Origin: Camelus dromedarius
Taxonomy: Eukaryota
Reading direction: 5' to 3'
Length of the DNA: 64,000 nucleotides
Assembly: GCF_036321535.1 (NCBI RefSeq)
Contig: NC_087447.1
Coordinates: 49,292,001 to 49,356,000, forward strand
Every line of letters starts with the position of its first letter. The first letter of the stretch is position 1. Under the pieces are notes generated by a model that was not told where the DNA came from, ran no database searches, and was given only the letters and a program-made list of their open reading frames with translations. The position numbers and the translations under genes were made by a program. This document shows positions 40,001 to 52,189 of this stretch, one piece after another.

Positions 40001-40817
40001 GGCAGAGTAGAAGCATACACAAAGGCAGCAACTGGAGACTCATTCTTTTTACAAACTACCATGAACTTGCAGTGTTGGGGGAGGAAGGAAGAAAACAGCA
40101 AAAAGACATGGAAGCTAATTAGTCCCAGAAAAGGGCAATGCCTTGTCCAGAGTCACATGGCAAAAGCATGGCATGAACCTAAGTAATATGGCTTTTCTTG
40201 ATTCAAAACATTTTCCCTTCACATTATCACAACAGCTCTGAAAGGAACAGGAACGACAGGAACTCAGAAGCCCATCTACTTTGCAGAAGTAGAAGCTGAC
40301 AGCCCAGAGGTAGAGAGAGGTTCAAGGTCACACCAGACCCACCCTGGCATCTGTTCTTGGCCTCAGCTTCCTGGGAGCAGGATGGGATTTCCCTGTGATG
40401 CTGGCCCCTCTCAGACACAGCTGCTACCTTGGATAAGGCCCTGAGTAAGGATCCTGGGGTCAGGTTTCCAAAGTCCTGAGAACTATAGGCTTTGGGGCAA
40501 GTCCCTGGCCCTGTGGTCTCAGATTCCCCATTTACGGAACACAGTCATTGCCTTGTTCTCTGGCACCTGATGGTCCTAGGTTCTCTGTGGATCTCCTTTC
40601 CCAAACTGAGGTATCTAGCACTGCCCTCCTCCTCACCCTCAAACAAAAGCTGCCTGCTAACCCTGCAGCTGTTTCCCAGGAGGGCCATCAGTCAATCAGG
40701 AACCAGCCACCATGAGGCCTGGGGAGGGGGTATCTGGCTTTAGCAGTTGGTCTGTCATTTCTTAAAGACTGGAGGCAGAGGGGCTCTATGCAGCAGGATA
40801 GTGAAGCAAAGATCTTT

Positions 40818-40849
40818 TCATTCATTCATTCATTCATTCATTCATTCAT
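40818..40849. repeat. (CATT)n tract, probably an L2 3' tail
   Basis: Perfect cattcatt run followed by AAACATTTACTG. Confidence 0.85.
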
Positions 40850-42599
40850 CTAAAAACATTTACTGCACAATCTCTTGTGCTAGTCCTTGTACTGGAAACA
40901 ACAGTGAAGAGAACCCATGCCTCCCACTGGGGGAGATGTCAGAGCTGGGGCTTGGAGCTAGGGCTGGACGAGTACAAGAGCTGAGGGCCCAGCCCCAATG
41001 GCACCTGTTTGAGCTCTTAGGCCCATATGAGAAGACACCACACCCTGTTAATGTCACAGACCAAGGACATGGTGGAGGGCAGGAATGGGCTCAGAGTGTG
41101 TTCACCAACCTCTGGATGTATGTCCTTGCATGCATAGGTCTGTAGGCTTGCCCCTCAGAGAACACACCCAAAAATCTGCATGGTCCCAGAAGTATGAATG
41201 TTCAAATATGTATGTGCTTATGAATCTATGGACACATGAGGATGCACTCAAATCTATGCTCACATGTATGAACATATGCATGAATGAGCCTGCATGTAAC
41301 TGCAAGAGGCAAATCTGAGCCTGCCTGGAACTATGCACAAGCTTCTGCAAGCCTTCTTCTGCATGTGTATGCACATCCAAGTGAGCTTGAGTGTTGATGT
41401 CCTCACATGTGGACACAGCTAGGTCTGTTCATGTGTTAAGCATGTATCTAAGAGTACACGTGCATGTACATCTGTACAGACATGTTCAATATGCATGTGC
41501 AAGTTACTTTTCTCATCTACCAATACCTGGGAGTGATGATAGGGACAGGGGAGAGAGAGCGAAGGGGAAGGGCAGGTGCCCCCACCCTCAGCATCAACAT
41601 CCCTGGTCCTTAACACTGGCTCTTGCCTGAGACCCACGCCACCACAGGGTCTACTTCTTCTCCTTAAGTGGTATTGATCGGTTGGTCGTCAGTTAATTAT
41701 AACTTCAGGGAAGAAGTCAACCCAACAACCATTCCTAATTCAAGAGAAAGAAACTGACTGATTCTTAGGTCGGGGGAGCCTCTATCTCAACCAGCTCTGC
41801 TGATACCAGAATGGCCCACAGATCAAGTGTCAGTCTCTCAAGCCTGAATAATTAATGCCAAGGCCAGAAGTGCTGCCTTCTCAGGAGCCTGTCTCTTTAA
41901 ATCAGGTCTGGTGCTCTTAAGTTCTGGGGGGGGAAGAATCCAGAACAACCCAAACCTATGAACAGCTCAGCACTGGCTCCCTCTGAGACCCCCGATTCCA
42001 TGCTGCAAAATCTGCTCCTGTTCTCACCTCTGGAGCCCCAAACTCTCCTACCCGTCCACCATTTATAGGTGGGGTACCCTACAGGGGAGGAGGGGCAGTT
42101 GGTGGCATCCAACAACCCTAAGGTCCTGAGACCAGAACAACCTAGCAGGGTGCCCAGGTGCTAGGGCAGTGAGGGTCAGTAAAGAGCTGAATCACCAGAC
42201 CCACAGAGTCCCAGAGCCTAGGAGAGTGAGTGGGGGTGGAGTCCAGCCTGGTGGAGGAAATACGATGGAAGAACTCCAGGCAGAGCAGCCAGTGAGTTGT
42301 GGGGGTGAGGGGAAGGAAGGAGAAGGGGATGTCACTGACTTCCTCAGGGGGGATGGGTTGAGGGTGGAGAAAACAGTGGTCTCAAAGAACTTGCAGGGGT
42401 TTTGACCCAGTCAGGCGTAAAGTAACTGGGGTCACAGAGGAGGGAACCGAGGCTGGGAATTTTCCAGTCTCTCCTAGCACAGCCCACTCCTTGATCATTG
42501 GGATTAGGAAGAGGCTGAAAAATGAGTAACTTTCTCATCCCACCCCTCATCCCTGCCTGCGCTTGTAGGAGAAACTAAAATTTAGTCTTTCCTCTAAAT

Positions 42600-44460
42600 T
42601 CTCGCTCAGTGCTGCTGACCCACCTGCCGGCTCTCCCCGGCCCGGCCCTGCCCCGCCCCACACGTGCCAGAGAGGGAGGAGGAAGGAACCAGCTTAAACG
42701 CGGGGGATGGGGAGAGATGAGGAGGCAGCAAGTCAGAACCTCGGAAAGCCAAACTTCTCAGCAGTCCGGGAGCCGAGAAGGGGGAAGAGCAGCCAAAAGC
42801 CCTGGTTTTTCAGGAGCCTCCCACTCCGCCTCTCCGCGAGGAGGGCGCGGAGACACCGCTGGGGGCGGAGGAGGAGGCCGGGAGGCGGGGAGGGGGGAGG
42901 CAAACCCTGCCCACTCGGCTCCGAGCCCTGAACGGCTGCAGAAGTCGGAGGCCGGTGCGCAGGGAGAGGAGGGCACCCGGGGCGGGGGGCTCGGCTCCCC
43001 GCCGGACCCCTCTCGCCCCAGCCAGGAAAGTGAAGGCTCTTCGGACTGTAAAGACAGCGGACGAGCCGACCGCGACCGCCAGACGCTGCGGGTCAAGGAC
43101 TTGCCCCACCCGCCCCTCTCCCCGCCCCCAAGGCGCTCCGAACTCACTGGTGAGCGCGGCGGAACGGGCGCTGGATGCGGGGGCAGCCGCGATGGCCCCG
43201 CGCGTGGGACAGCCGGAGCACAGGTGCCCGCTGCTGCCTGGGCTGCTGCTCGTGGCCGCGGCGCTGAGCCGGCCCGCCGCACCCTGTCCCTTCCAGTGCT
43301 ACTGCTTTGGCGGCCCCAAGCTGCTGTTGCGCTGCGCGTCCGGCGCGGAGCTCCGGCAGCCGCCGCGGGATGTGCCGCCGGACGCGCGCAACCTCACCAT
43401 AGTGGGCGCCAACCTGACGGTGCTGCGCGCGGCCGCCTTCGCCGGCGGGGACGCGGACGGGGAGGAGGCGGCGGCGGGCGGCGTGCGCCTGCCTCTCCTG
43501 ACGGCGCTGCGCCTCACGCACAACAGCATCGAGGTTGTGGAGGACGGCGCATTCGACGGGCTGCCCAGTCTGGCGGCGCTCGACCTGAGCCACAACCCAC
43601 TGCGAGCCCTGGGCGTCGGCGCCTTCCGCGGGCTGCCCGGGCTGCGCTCGCTGCAGCTCAACCATGCGCTGGCGCGGGGCGGCCCCGCGCTGCTGGCCTC
43701 GCTGGACGCTGCGCTCGCCCCGCTGGACGAGCTGCGCCTCCTCGGCCTGGCGGGCAATGCACTGAACCGCCTGCCGCCCGCCGCGCTGCGCCGGCCGCGC
43801 CTCGAGCAGCTGGACGCGAGCCTCAACTCTCTTACCGGCCTGGGCCCCGACGAGCTGCACGCGCTAGAGCGCGATGGCGGCCTTCCCGCGCCGCGCCTGC
43901 TGCTCGCGGACAATCCCCTGCGCTGCGGCTGCGCCGCGCGCCCCCTGCTGGCCTGGCTGCGCAACGCCACGGAGCGCGTACCCGACGCCCGGCGCCTGCG
44001 CTGCGCCGCCCCGCGGGCGCTGCACGATCGGCCTTTCCTGGAACTGGACGAGGCGCGGCTGCGCTGCGCCGACGGCGACACCGACGGTCGCGGGGAAGAA
44101 GTAGAACTCGCCAGTCCGGAGCTGGAAGCCTCCTACGTCTTCTTTGGGCTGGTTCTGGCTCTCATCGGCCTCATTTTCCTAATGGTGCTCTACCTAAACC
44201 GCCGCGGCATCCAGCGCTGGATGCGCAACTTGCGCGAGGCCTGCCGGGACCAGATGGAGGGCTACCACTACCGCTACGAGCAGGACGCCGACCCGCGCCG
44301 CGCTTCCGCCCCGGCCGTCCCAACAGGCTCTCGCGCCACTTCTCCGGGCTCTGGCCTCTGAACTTCTCCTATTGAGACTTGGGGGCTGCCCCTGCCAGCT
44401 GACGACCTTACTGGGGCAGCCTGCCCCAAAGCCATGGTTGTCAGATACCCGCGAGCTTGG
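42600..44460. promoter_or_regulatory. CpG island covering the TPBGL promoter and whole CDS; GC box (gccccgcccc ~42650) next to an E-box CACGTG (42661-42666)
   Basis: Abrupt rise in CG dinucleotides and GC content compared with the CpG-depleted flanks. Confidence 0.9.
43192..44361 (+). CDS. TPBGL: Trophoblast glycoprotein-like protein, 389 aa, single-exon LRR type I membrane protein
   Basis: Strong Kozak context gccgcgATGG; signal peptide, LRRNT (CPFQCYC), LRRs (LRLTHNSI, LDLSHNPL), LRRCT (NPLRCGC), TM (YVFFGLVLALIGLIFLMVLYL) and the TPBG-family tail REACRDQMEGYHYRYE. Position between SLCO2B1 and ARRB1 fits known synteny. Confidence 0.96.
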   Translation: MAPRVGQPEHRCPLLPGLLLVAAALSRPAAPCPFQCYCFGGPKLLLRCASGAELRQPPRDVPPDARNLTIVGANLTVLRAAAFAGGDADGEEAAAGGVRLPLLTALRLTHNSIEVVEDGAFDGLPSLAALDLSHNPLRALGVGAFRGLPGLRSLQLNHALARGGPALLASLDAALAPLDELRLLGLAGNALNRLPPAALRRPRLEQLDASLNSLTGLGPDELHALERDGGLPAPRLLLADNPLRCGCAARPLLAWLRNATERVPDARRLRCAAPRALHDRPFLELDEARLRCADGDTDGRGEEVELASPELEASYVFFGLVLALIGLIFLMVLYLNRRGIQRWMRNLREACRDQMEGYHYRYEQDADPRRASAPAVPTGSRATSPGSGL

Positions 44461-47400
44461 GGCTTTGAGATCTGCCCCTGACCGACCTGAGACCTTTGGA
44501 TTATGGCATCTCGCCCACCCGGAGGCCCCAAGCTGTATTCCCTCTCCCCCAGCCTCTGAGACCTGTCACCATCAAAGACGCAGACACCCTCTTCTGATTC
44601 CAGAAATTCCATCCACCCATCCCAGGCTCTGACATCCCTCCTGAACCACCCAAAGCGCCTCTCCTTTTCAGGACTCACCCAGAGACCCTGTCCTTCAATC
44701 CCCAAACCCTGAGACTGCTTCCCCACCCTGTGCTTTAAGCCCAGACCTCTCAAGACTGAACATCCCCTAGACTACACTCCAGCTTAGAGCCCTCAGCTCC
44801 CTTCCAGAGCTCAGGGACCCTCACATCCCATTCTGGTCTCAGAAGCAGAGCATCCCCACCAGAAGGTTTTTGTGGAGTTTGAGCCTTTTTTTTCTCATCC
44901 CAGAGCTCTACCCTCTATCCTGCGTAGAGATCTGTATCCCGGAGCTCTGAGGGTTGGGCACCCTCCCCCAATCTGAGGATGTATTTCATACCTCCTACCA
45001 CCCCAGCTTTGGCCCAGGCCCCTTTCTTCCTTGGCCCAGGCTTGAGGCTCAGTTCCTGTCTCTCCCATCCCAGGAACAGGCACACCCCGTTATAGCCTTA
45101 GTGTCTGGCCGATCCTCAGCCTTTCCCACTTTTGGCTCTGAGCCCCCAATACTCAATTCTTGTCTCCAATCTCAAACTCTCACCTCTTTGCTTGGATCTG
45201 AGTTTCATCCCCTACCCAAGTCTTAGGCTCTCAATTCCCCCCACACCTATTGCTTGCACTCAGTACCCACGCCTACCACTCCCTGTGTCTGGGTCCAGTG
45301 AGGAATCCATCCCTGTGATATGCCCATCCCCCTTTCCTCCTAGGATGAGCTCTCCAGCCCTGCAAAACAGGCGCAGGTGCCAAGCACCCCCTCCAACCAT
45401 ATCAGCAGATCCCCATGGGGATCCTGGAGGAGAGAGTCCTGAGGGTGCAAAGTAGATGGTCTGGCCTCAGAACCAGGGTCACCTGACCATCTTGCTGAAG
45501 AGAAGGGTAGGGGAGGTCACCCCCACGGGCTGGGAGCTGCTGCCCACATGCTCTTTCCACCCATGTGACTCTTCTCCCCTGGGGAGTCCTTGCTGCCACC
45601 CCCCCCCAACCCTGCCCCTGAATGCCTTCTGGAAGAGGAAGGAGGTCTCTTCTGTCTCAGGCACAACCTCTCCTGTCCAGGGTCAGAGCCTCAGCGCCCT
45701 GCCTTCTGCATGATCCCAAAGCACAATCGGTGAGTGGGGAGGGGGCTGCCTCTCCCTGACTCCCACCCCCTAGGTCAGGCAGAATGGCTGGCCTGTGCTG
45801 TCTCTGCACACAGGAAGTCACCCTCCTTCAACATACTGGCTTGAGGTCTGCATTCCCACCTCAACCTGAGAAATCTGGATCTCCCCTGGGCAGTTTTCTA
45901 TAAAGTCTGCAATAATATCAGATACTCTGCTCTTTTAAGTGGTGCTATGTCATGGAAGTGTTGACCTTGGGTTGTTGAAGGGGGTCAGAGGACACCAAGG
46001 AGAGCATTTTGGACCTTCTTGAGGTGAAGCAATGACCCTCGGTGTCTTCTCTCAGACTATAGGAGAAGAAATGGGCTCTGACTATATGTAGTAGGACTGA
46101 GGCTAGACACATGGAGGGACTTCCCATTGGGATAGCATTGCTCTCTAAGCCAGTTTGCTTTTTATCCTGAGATAGGCTTATCCACAGCCAGGGTAGGATC
46201 TTGTGCTTCCTCTGCATCCTCTTACCCACTGGTTCCATTACCGAGGTGGAGTTGGGAGTTATGGGGGAGATACAGCTGGACTGACAAACTAGCATCAGAT
46301 GATACTATCAGGGAGAAAATTCAGGTACAGAGAATCAGAGGCAGTTAATTCAGACAGTAAAGAGGAGGGATCATATAACTTTGGCATCATCTCAGATGAA
46401 TTACCTGATACTCAATTACGTACTGTGTCACACCATGCTCTCCTGGCTAGAAGGGTAAGAACTGCAGGAGTATATGAGAGGCTAGGGGGAGAGGCAGCCT
46501 AGTTGAGGGCGTTGGGGAGTGGTGGGTAAAATACCCCCCTGAGATATGCAGAGCAAGGAGGCAGATGAGTTGTGGGCCATTAGGACCAGGATAAGAGGCT
46601 ATCTTCTGCCTCAAGGTCTCCAGGCTGGGTTATTTTACATCTAGGGTCTCAGAGCCCTAGAACCACATGGCAGAAGTCTAGAATTCTGGCATTTTAGAAT
46701 CTTAGGGCTGTGTAGTTCTAGAATTTGTGTCTTCTAAACATTGATAGGGACCTCAGAAGTAATGTGGGAAGCCTCATAAGCTGTCAACAAAGAGCACCCT
46801 CTCTTGATGAGGAGCTCACTCCCTGTCCTGGGAGCATCCCTCTCAGTGCTAGAGAAATCTGCCTGGGACTCCTTGACACTCCCAGTTTGCCTTGAGGCAA
46901 GGAGCACACCTCACCCCAGGACAGCTCTTCACAGAGTGGTTGGTCCTGCGTCAGTGTCCATATCTTCTCCCAGCAAATTCCTTACCCCTTCTTCCAGTCA
47001 TCTCTCATGAAAAGGGGTTAAATTCTCTTGAAGCATTTCCATCCATCCATGACCTTCAAAGGGTGCTCTGCCCATCCTGCAGGACAAAATAGTGATGGTC
47101 TCCCTAATACAGGTTAGAGAACTGTGTCTCTAAAAGGTCACCTCCCCAGTTCCAAAGACATGTCCTCTGATAATGTAGCCTAATACTGCAGTAAGTCCTA
47201 GCAAATGAAACATGCTACTAGCTGTGGGTTCATTGTCAGCAACAATCTTTGAGGGTTAAATACCAAATCAATAGTTGTCAAAAAATCAATAATTGAAGCC
47301 TAATGTATGCCAACTGACATTTAACCTTAGTACCATTCACTGATTCTCATCAAATGTCTCTGAGCTGCTACCCTTCTTGCAGCCTGTCAGTGGCCTTTGG

Positions 47401-49585
47401 CTTTATGAGACTCTCAGCAGGTTCCCAGGGCCCCCAGCCTTGCCTCCTCTGCAAATCCAGCCATTCACTTAGTCTCTATTGAATACAACTTTGCCAGTCC
47501 TAGAAAAGCTAATGACCTTGGGAGAAATTATATTCATTCAAGTTCTAGAGAAAAGAGGTGCCAGGAATCCATGAGAGCTCAGAGTAAGGGCTCTCAACCA
47601 AGCTTAGGGAAGCTTCTTAAAGTCACATTTGAGCAGGGTTTTGAAGGATGAGCAGGAGTTTGAAGAACAGAGAAAGATCAGAAGTATCAGCTTGTGCAAA
47701 GTCCTGGAGGCAGGAAGATCCTGTTAGTCTGAGAATTTGAGAAGACCATTAATGGTTGGGGGTAGATGGGACAGTGTGTGTGGGTAAGGTGATACTGTGT
47801 TCCCTTCATTCTCCCCTGGGAGGCACTCAAGGGACTTCCACCTTCAGAAAAGAAGACAGGGAAGTGGGAAGGTGTGATATGTGGACCAGGAGAACTGCAT
47901 GGTGCCTCTTACTTGTGCCTTCCTTCTGCCCATCCTTTTTGTGCCAGGCCTCATGCCAAGCAATGAAGACAGAGAGAGGAGTCAGAGCTAAGACCACGGG
48001 AGGCCAGATGAACTAGGGGGTAAGGGAAGGGGCCACGAAGAGGCCTTGCAGGAAAAGGTGAGATGGAGGAGTCTGACTGGCCCTCCCCTTACACCCTGAT
48101 GTCACCCACCCACTCCAGACCCTCTCTCAGCAGTGCCAGGGACCGGCTAAATGGCTAGTCTCCCCCCAGTCAGATGTTATGAATGCTGCTGAAGTTGTGG
48201 GTGGGCAGGGGACTGCAAGGGCAAAGCTGGGGCGGGGTGGGGTACGGAACCCCGTCTAGGATGTGCCCTTAAAGAGCAGGTACGATGGAGAGCAGGGAAA
48301 GGGGGAGAGAAAAGTTGTGTGACTGTCAGAAATGTGATAGACATGAAAGCAGTTCTGCTCCAAGAAACATGTCCGACTTCCTGGAGTTCTGTGAACCTGT
48401 GAAAACTGAAATTTCCTCTCAAAAACAAAGAGATACCATGATCACCATCTCCTTGAGAAGACTTTTACTTCTGCGACCCTTTTCCTACTCACGCTCCTCA
48501 AGTCTGAGTGGGAGCCAGTGAGGGCCCAGCTGGAGTCCAGAGGACTGAGTTTCAGTCTGAGCTCAGCATGACTTGCCGTGTCATCTGGTCCCTAATCAGT
48601 TGGAAACATTGGTTAGGCCCTACACTGTGCTGGGTGCTGGGGATTCAGCCGTGAACACGGCAGAGCCGGCGCCTGCCTTCCTGGCCCAGTCTGACCCTGA
48701 CTGTGGACATCCCCCGCCCCTCTCTGGCTCCAGGTTCCTTCTGTCCAGGCTGGGGCTGGACTTGTGACCTCCAGAGGCACTGCCGGCTCTCACTGAGGTC
48801 CATCTCCTTCTTCATTAAAGTCTCTGCCCGGCAGACTCACGGCCCTAATTTATGGGCATGGCCTTTCCTGGACTGGGAGAAGTGATGGGGGCAGTTAATA
48901 TTCCTGTGGTAATGGTTTGGCTGCCTTCAGAGTCCCCTCCTCCACCCCTCACCCCTCCCTCACTGCCCCCACCCTCTTCCCTCAGCACTGCCCCAGGGCA
49001 GTTTGCCTGGTACCATGCATAGCACCTCAACTAACCCTTCAGTGTCCTGGTGGGGAAGTTGAGGCCCAGAGAGTGCAGGAGCCCATCCAGGTCACACATC
49101 ATGTCTGGAGCAGAGCAGATCCAGAGTTCAGGATGCCCCCTGCAGACATCTCTACCCTGCTCTGGGTCTGAGTGTCTGACAGGGCTGCCCCACTTCCTGA
49201 CTCTGTGTCTGTACCCCCGTGATCATTGCCTCCTGCGGCCAGGCCTGTGGTGGCCTCAAGATAGGAAAAAGAAAGCCAACAAGGAAGGAGTGGGGAGTTC
49301 TCTTCAGCTCTCTTCATCAACAGCTTCCAGCAGGTCCCAGAAACCTGCTCTAGCCCCTTGCAGGCAGAAATCCTGATGAGGGATCCTTCTTGAAGGGAGG
49401 GGTGTCTCTACCTGTCTCTGAGAGGAGAAAGGGGTTTGTTCTGGACCCCTAAGCTCTGAGGTTCCCCTGCATGAAACTCATACTTCCTGAGCCCCTCCTC
49501 TCTGCTGAGCACCTGCTGAGATGGACCAGATCTGGCTCCTGTGCTCAGTAAAGATGTGATAATGGAGGCATGGAGGGCCCCTAAC

Positions 49586-49680
49586 TAGGGTGACCATCCA
49601 AAATAGGAGACTTTGGAGAGTGAAAGGGACCGCTACAAGTAATTACACTGGGACAAGAATAAGGTAGGACTGTACCAGGC
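49586..49680. mobile_element. hAT-Blackjack-type MITE remnant (MER81/MER94-like)
   Basis: TAGGGTGACCAT terminal repeat followed by ...GAGAGTGAAAGGG...TAATTACACTGGGACAA. Confidence 0.55.
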
Positions 49681-50525
49681 TGGAGGGCCCTGGACTCCAG
49701 TGAATTTTGACAAGACCTGGTGGGGAAAAGAAAAAGTGCTAGACTGCTAGACTAGCTAGCCTACCAGCACTGTATAGCTAATACACTCCCTGTCCTTGAC
49801 TCTGTCCTCCAGCCATGCTAAACAACTTCTTGAATGCTATTCACCAGCCACACCAAACTACTCAGGTTTTAAAATGGAGCCCAGCTATTCCAGGCCCCAT
49901 ACCTTTGCTCACACAGTACCCTCTGCCCAGGAAGCCTTTCCCACACAGAGGGCAGCAGGACAGCTCAAGAGGCCCCTCTGCTTTCCTGACCTCACTGTCT
50001 TCTTCCTGTCACTGGATCCCCCAGACCTTCATTTGTGCTGATTGGTTTTCTGGCCCATTATCTGCACCAGACGCTCCCCCACGGGGCTGGGTCCAGTTCC
50101 TTTCTGGGTCCCCATTCCTGGTGCATAGAGATTTGTGAGCACTGTCCCTGCCCCGCAGAAATCCGAAACACAGAGGAAGAGGCATCATGCAGGGCTCAAG
50201 GCCTCTGTCTGCTGCATGTCAGATGCCTGCTCCCTTTAACTCCCACAACCTCTCAGCTCATTGAACTGAGGCTGCGATTGTAGAAGATGCCTGCATGGCC
50301 ATCCTTGTTACTGTTCAATAAAGTGAGAAAACAAAGAAAATGCAGCTTTAGAATATGTAATCATGTAAAACATAATTTAGCTTTAGCTTTTCAACTTTAC
50401 TTTTTATCACAATTATAGCTTTCTGGCCCTCCATTGGGAGTACTTGTCCAGCGTCCTGTCTGGACAACATCGGCCATTGACTGGCTCAGCCCGTCACGGC
50501 CTTGGTTTCTTGACCCAGGGAGCTG

Positions 50526-50544
50526 CAGCGACATCTGTTGGCCA
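50526..50544 (-). promoter_or_regulatory. CTCF-type motif (minus strand TGGCCAACAGATGTCGCTG)
   Basis: Matches the extended TGGCCAsyAGRkGkCRCTG pattern and lies in a small patch that retains CpGs (50440-50560). Confidence 0.55.
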
Positions 50545-52189
50545 ATTTGTGTAAGAGCGGAACCAGCTAAAAAAAAATTTTTTTTTTTTTGCATACATGC
50601 ACTATCTGCTGATGAATATGGGAACGTTCCTTCTTCCTTTTTGACATGATCCATTCAGCAAGTATTTTATCAAGTGCCTATGATGTGCCAAGCTCTATTC
50701 TAGGAAGAAGCTGGGGGTTGTTCTAAGCACTTTACATACATTAACTCATTTTAGTCTGATGGCAATTCTGTAAAGTAGGTATTATTATTCCTACTTTACA
50801 AATGAAGAAAGTAAGGTACATAAGATAGATGATCAATTTGTTCAAGGTCACACTGTGAGTAAGGGCTTAGAACTCAGAGCTCATGTGCTTAGACTATAAG
50901 CAAGTAAATAAACAAGAAAGATACTTCTTATGAGGGAAATAGAATGATGTAAGAGTGATGGGGAAGTGTGTCCTCTGAATGGGGTAGTCAGGCAGGCTCC
51001 TGTGAGAAGGTGGCTTACCCTGAAGAATGGGAAGGAAAGAGCTCTGTAAAGAGCCTAGGAAAAGTCAATCCAGGCAGAAGAAACGGTGAACGCAAAAGTG
51101 CTGAGACTGAATATTCAAATACGAGATGGGAGGCCAGTTCTGGCCATTCTACCCCTAAATACCCCTCCAATCGGTCCTTCTTCTTCCCCCAGCTGATCCC
51201 AGCCTCTACCTCTATCAGCTGGGTCCCTGCCCCACTCCTCCCTGATCCCTCCACTTCCAGCTTCCCCTTTTGGCCTGTCCTCTGCAGTACAGCTGCCAGG
51301 GTGATCCTAAAAATGCATAAATCTGATCCATCTCACTGCCCCACTTAAAACCTGTTCCACTGTCTTCTGGACAAACAAACAAACAAAAAAACCAAACTCT
51401 TTGGATTGATTATCTGTAACCTCCCTCCCTATGGCTATGGTCTGGTCCCATGACATGTTAGCTCTTCTGGTTCCCTTCATTTTGTAACCACATCAAAGTC
51501 CTTACAGTTCCCTGAAGGTCCCGGGTTGTCTCACCCCAAGGCTCCCCATGTGCTACCCCTTCTACCTGAAATACTCATAAGCCTCTCTTCACCTGCCTAA
51601 CTGTTCTCATCCTTCAAAACTCAGCCAAAGCAATTCCTCCTCTAGGAAGTCTGTCTCATTTCCCATCTCCCTCACCCCAGCTAACTGTGATGGTCCCTCT
51701 CTGGTGCTCTCCTGGCATGCCATGAGTACATGTCAGCACAAATCCACAAGAGAGAAGAGAAATAAAAGGGAAATTTACTCCATGCAGGTAACTACCCCAA
51801 ATTTTTACTCCCCTGCACCATCTACCTGCTTTTGTTTAATTTTCAGAATCATCAGGAAGTTGTGTTTTGTATTTTTGTTCAGTTTTTATGTAATCAGTAG
51901 GAGGGATCGGCTGTAGTGGACTTACTCTGTCTTGGCCAGAATTTGAAACTCCTACATAGTTAATTTTAAGTTGTTGTAATTTTTAAAAGCTAAGAGAAAT
52001 GAAGTCTCAAAACACCATGAAGACTGTGACAGCAGGAGAAAAGCTCAAAGCTAAGAGGCAAAAACAAATACCTCTCCCATGTTTAGAGTCCTATTTAGAT
52101 GTCAGGCCACTCCTTCTAAATTGTGGTATCCAGGCCAACAGGATTATTTCTATTTTTTTTTTTTGAATGAGAAGATTAAGGAAGAGCTG

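Noticed and set aside
42955..43191. 468-aa version of TPBGL from the ORF track
   Set aside because: It starts at a GTG; the signal peptide and strong Kozak ATG are at 43192.
43144..44081. Long minus-strand ORFs (238 aa and 260 aa) opposite TPBGL
   Set aside because: Antisense shadows of a very GC-rich CDS; low complexity and no recognisable domain.
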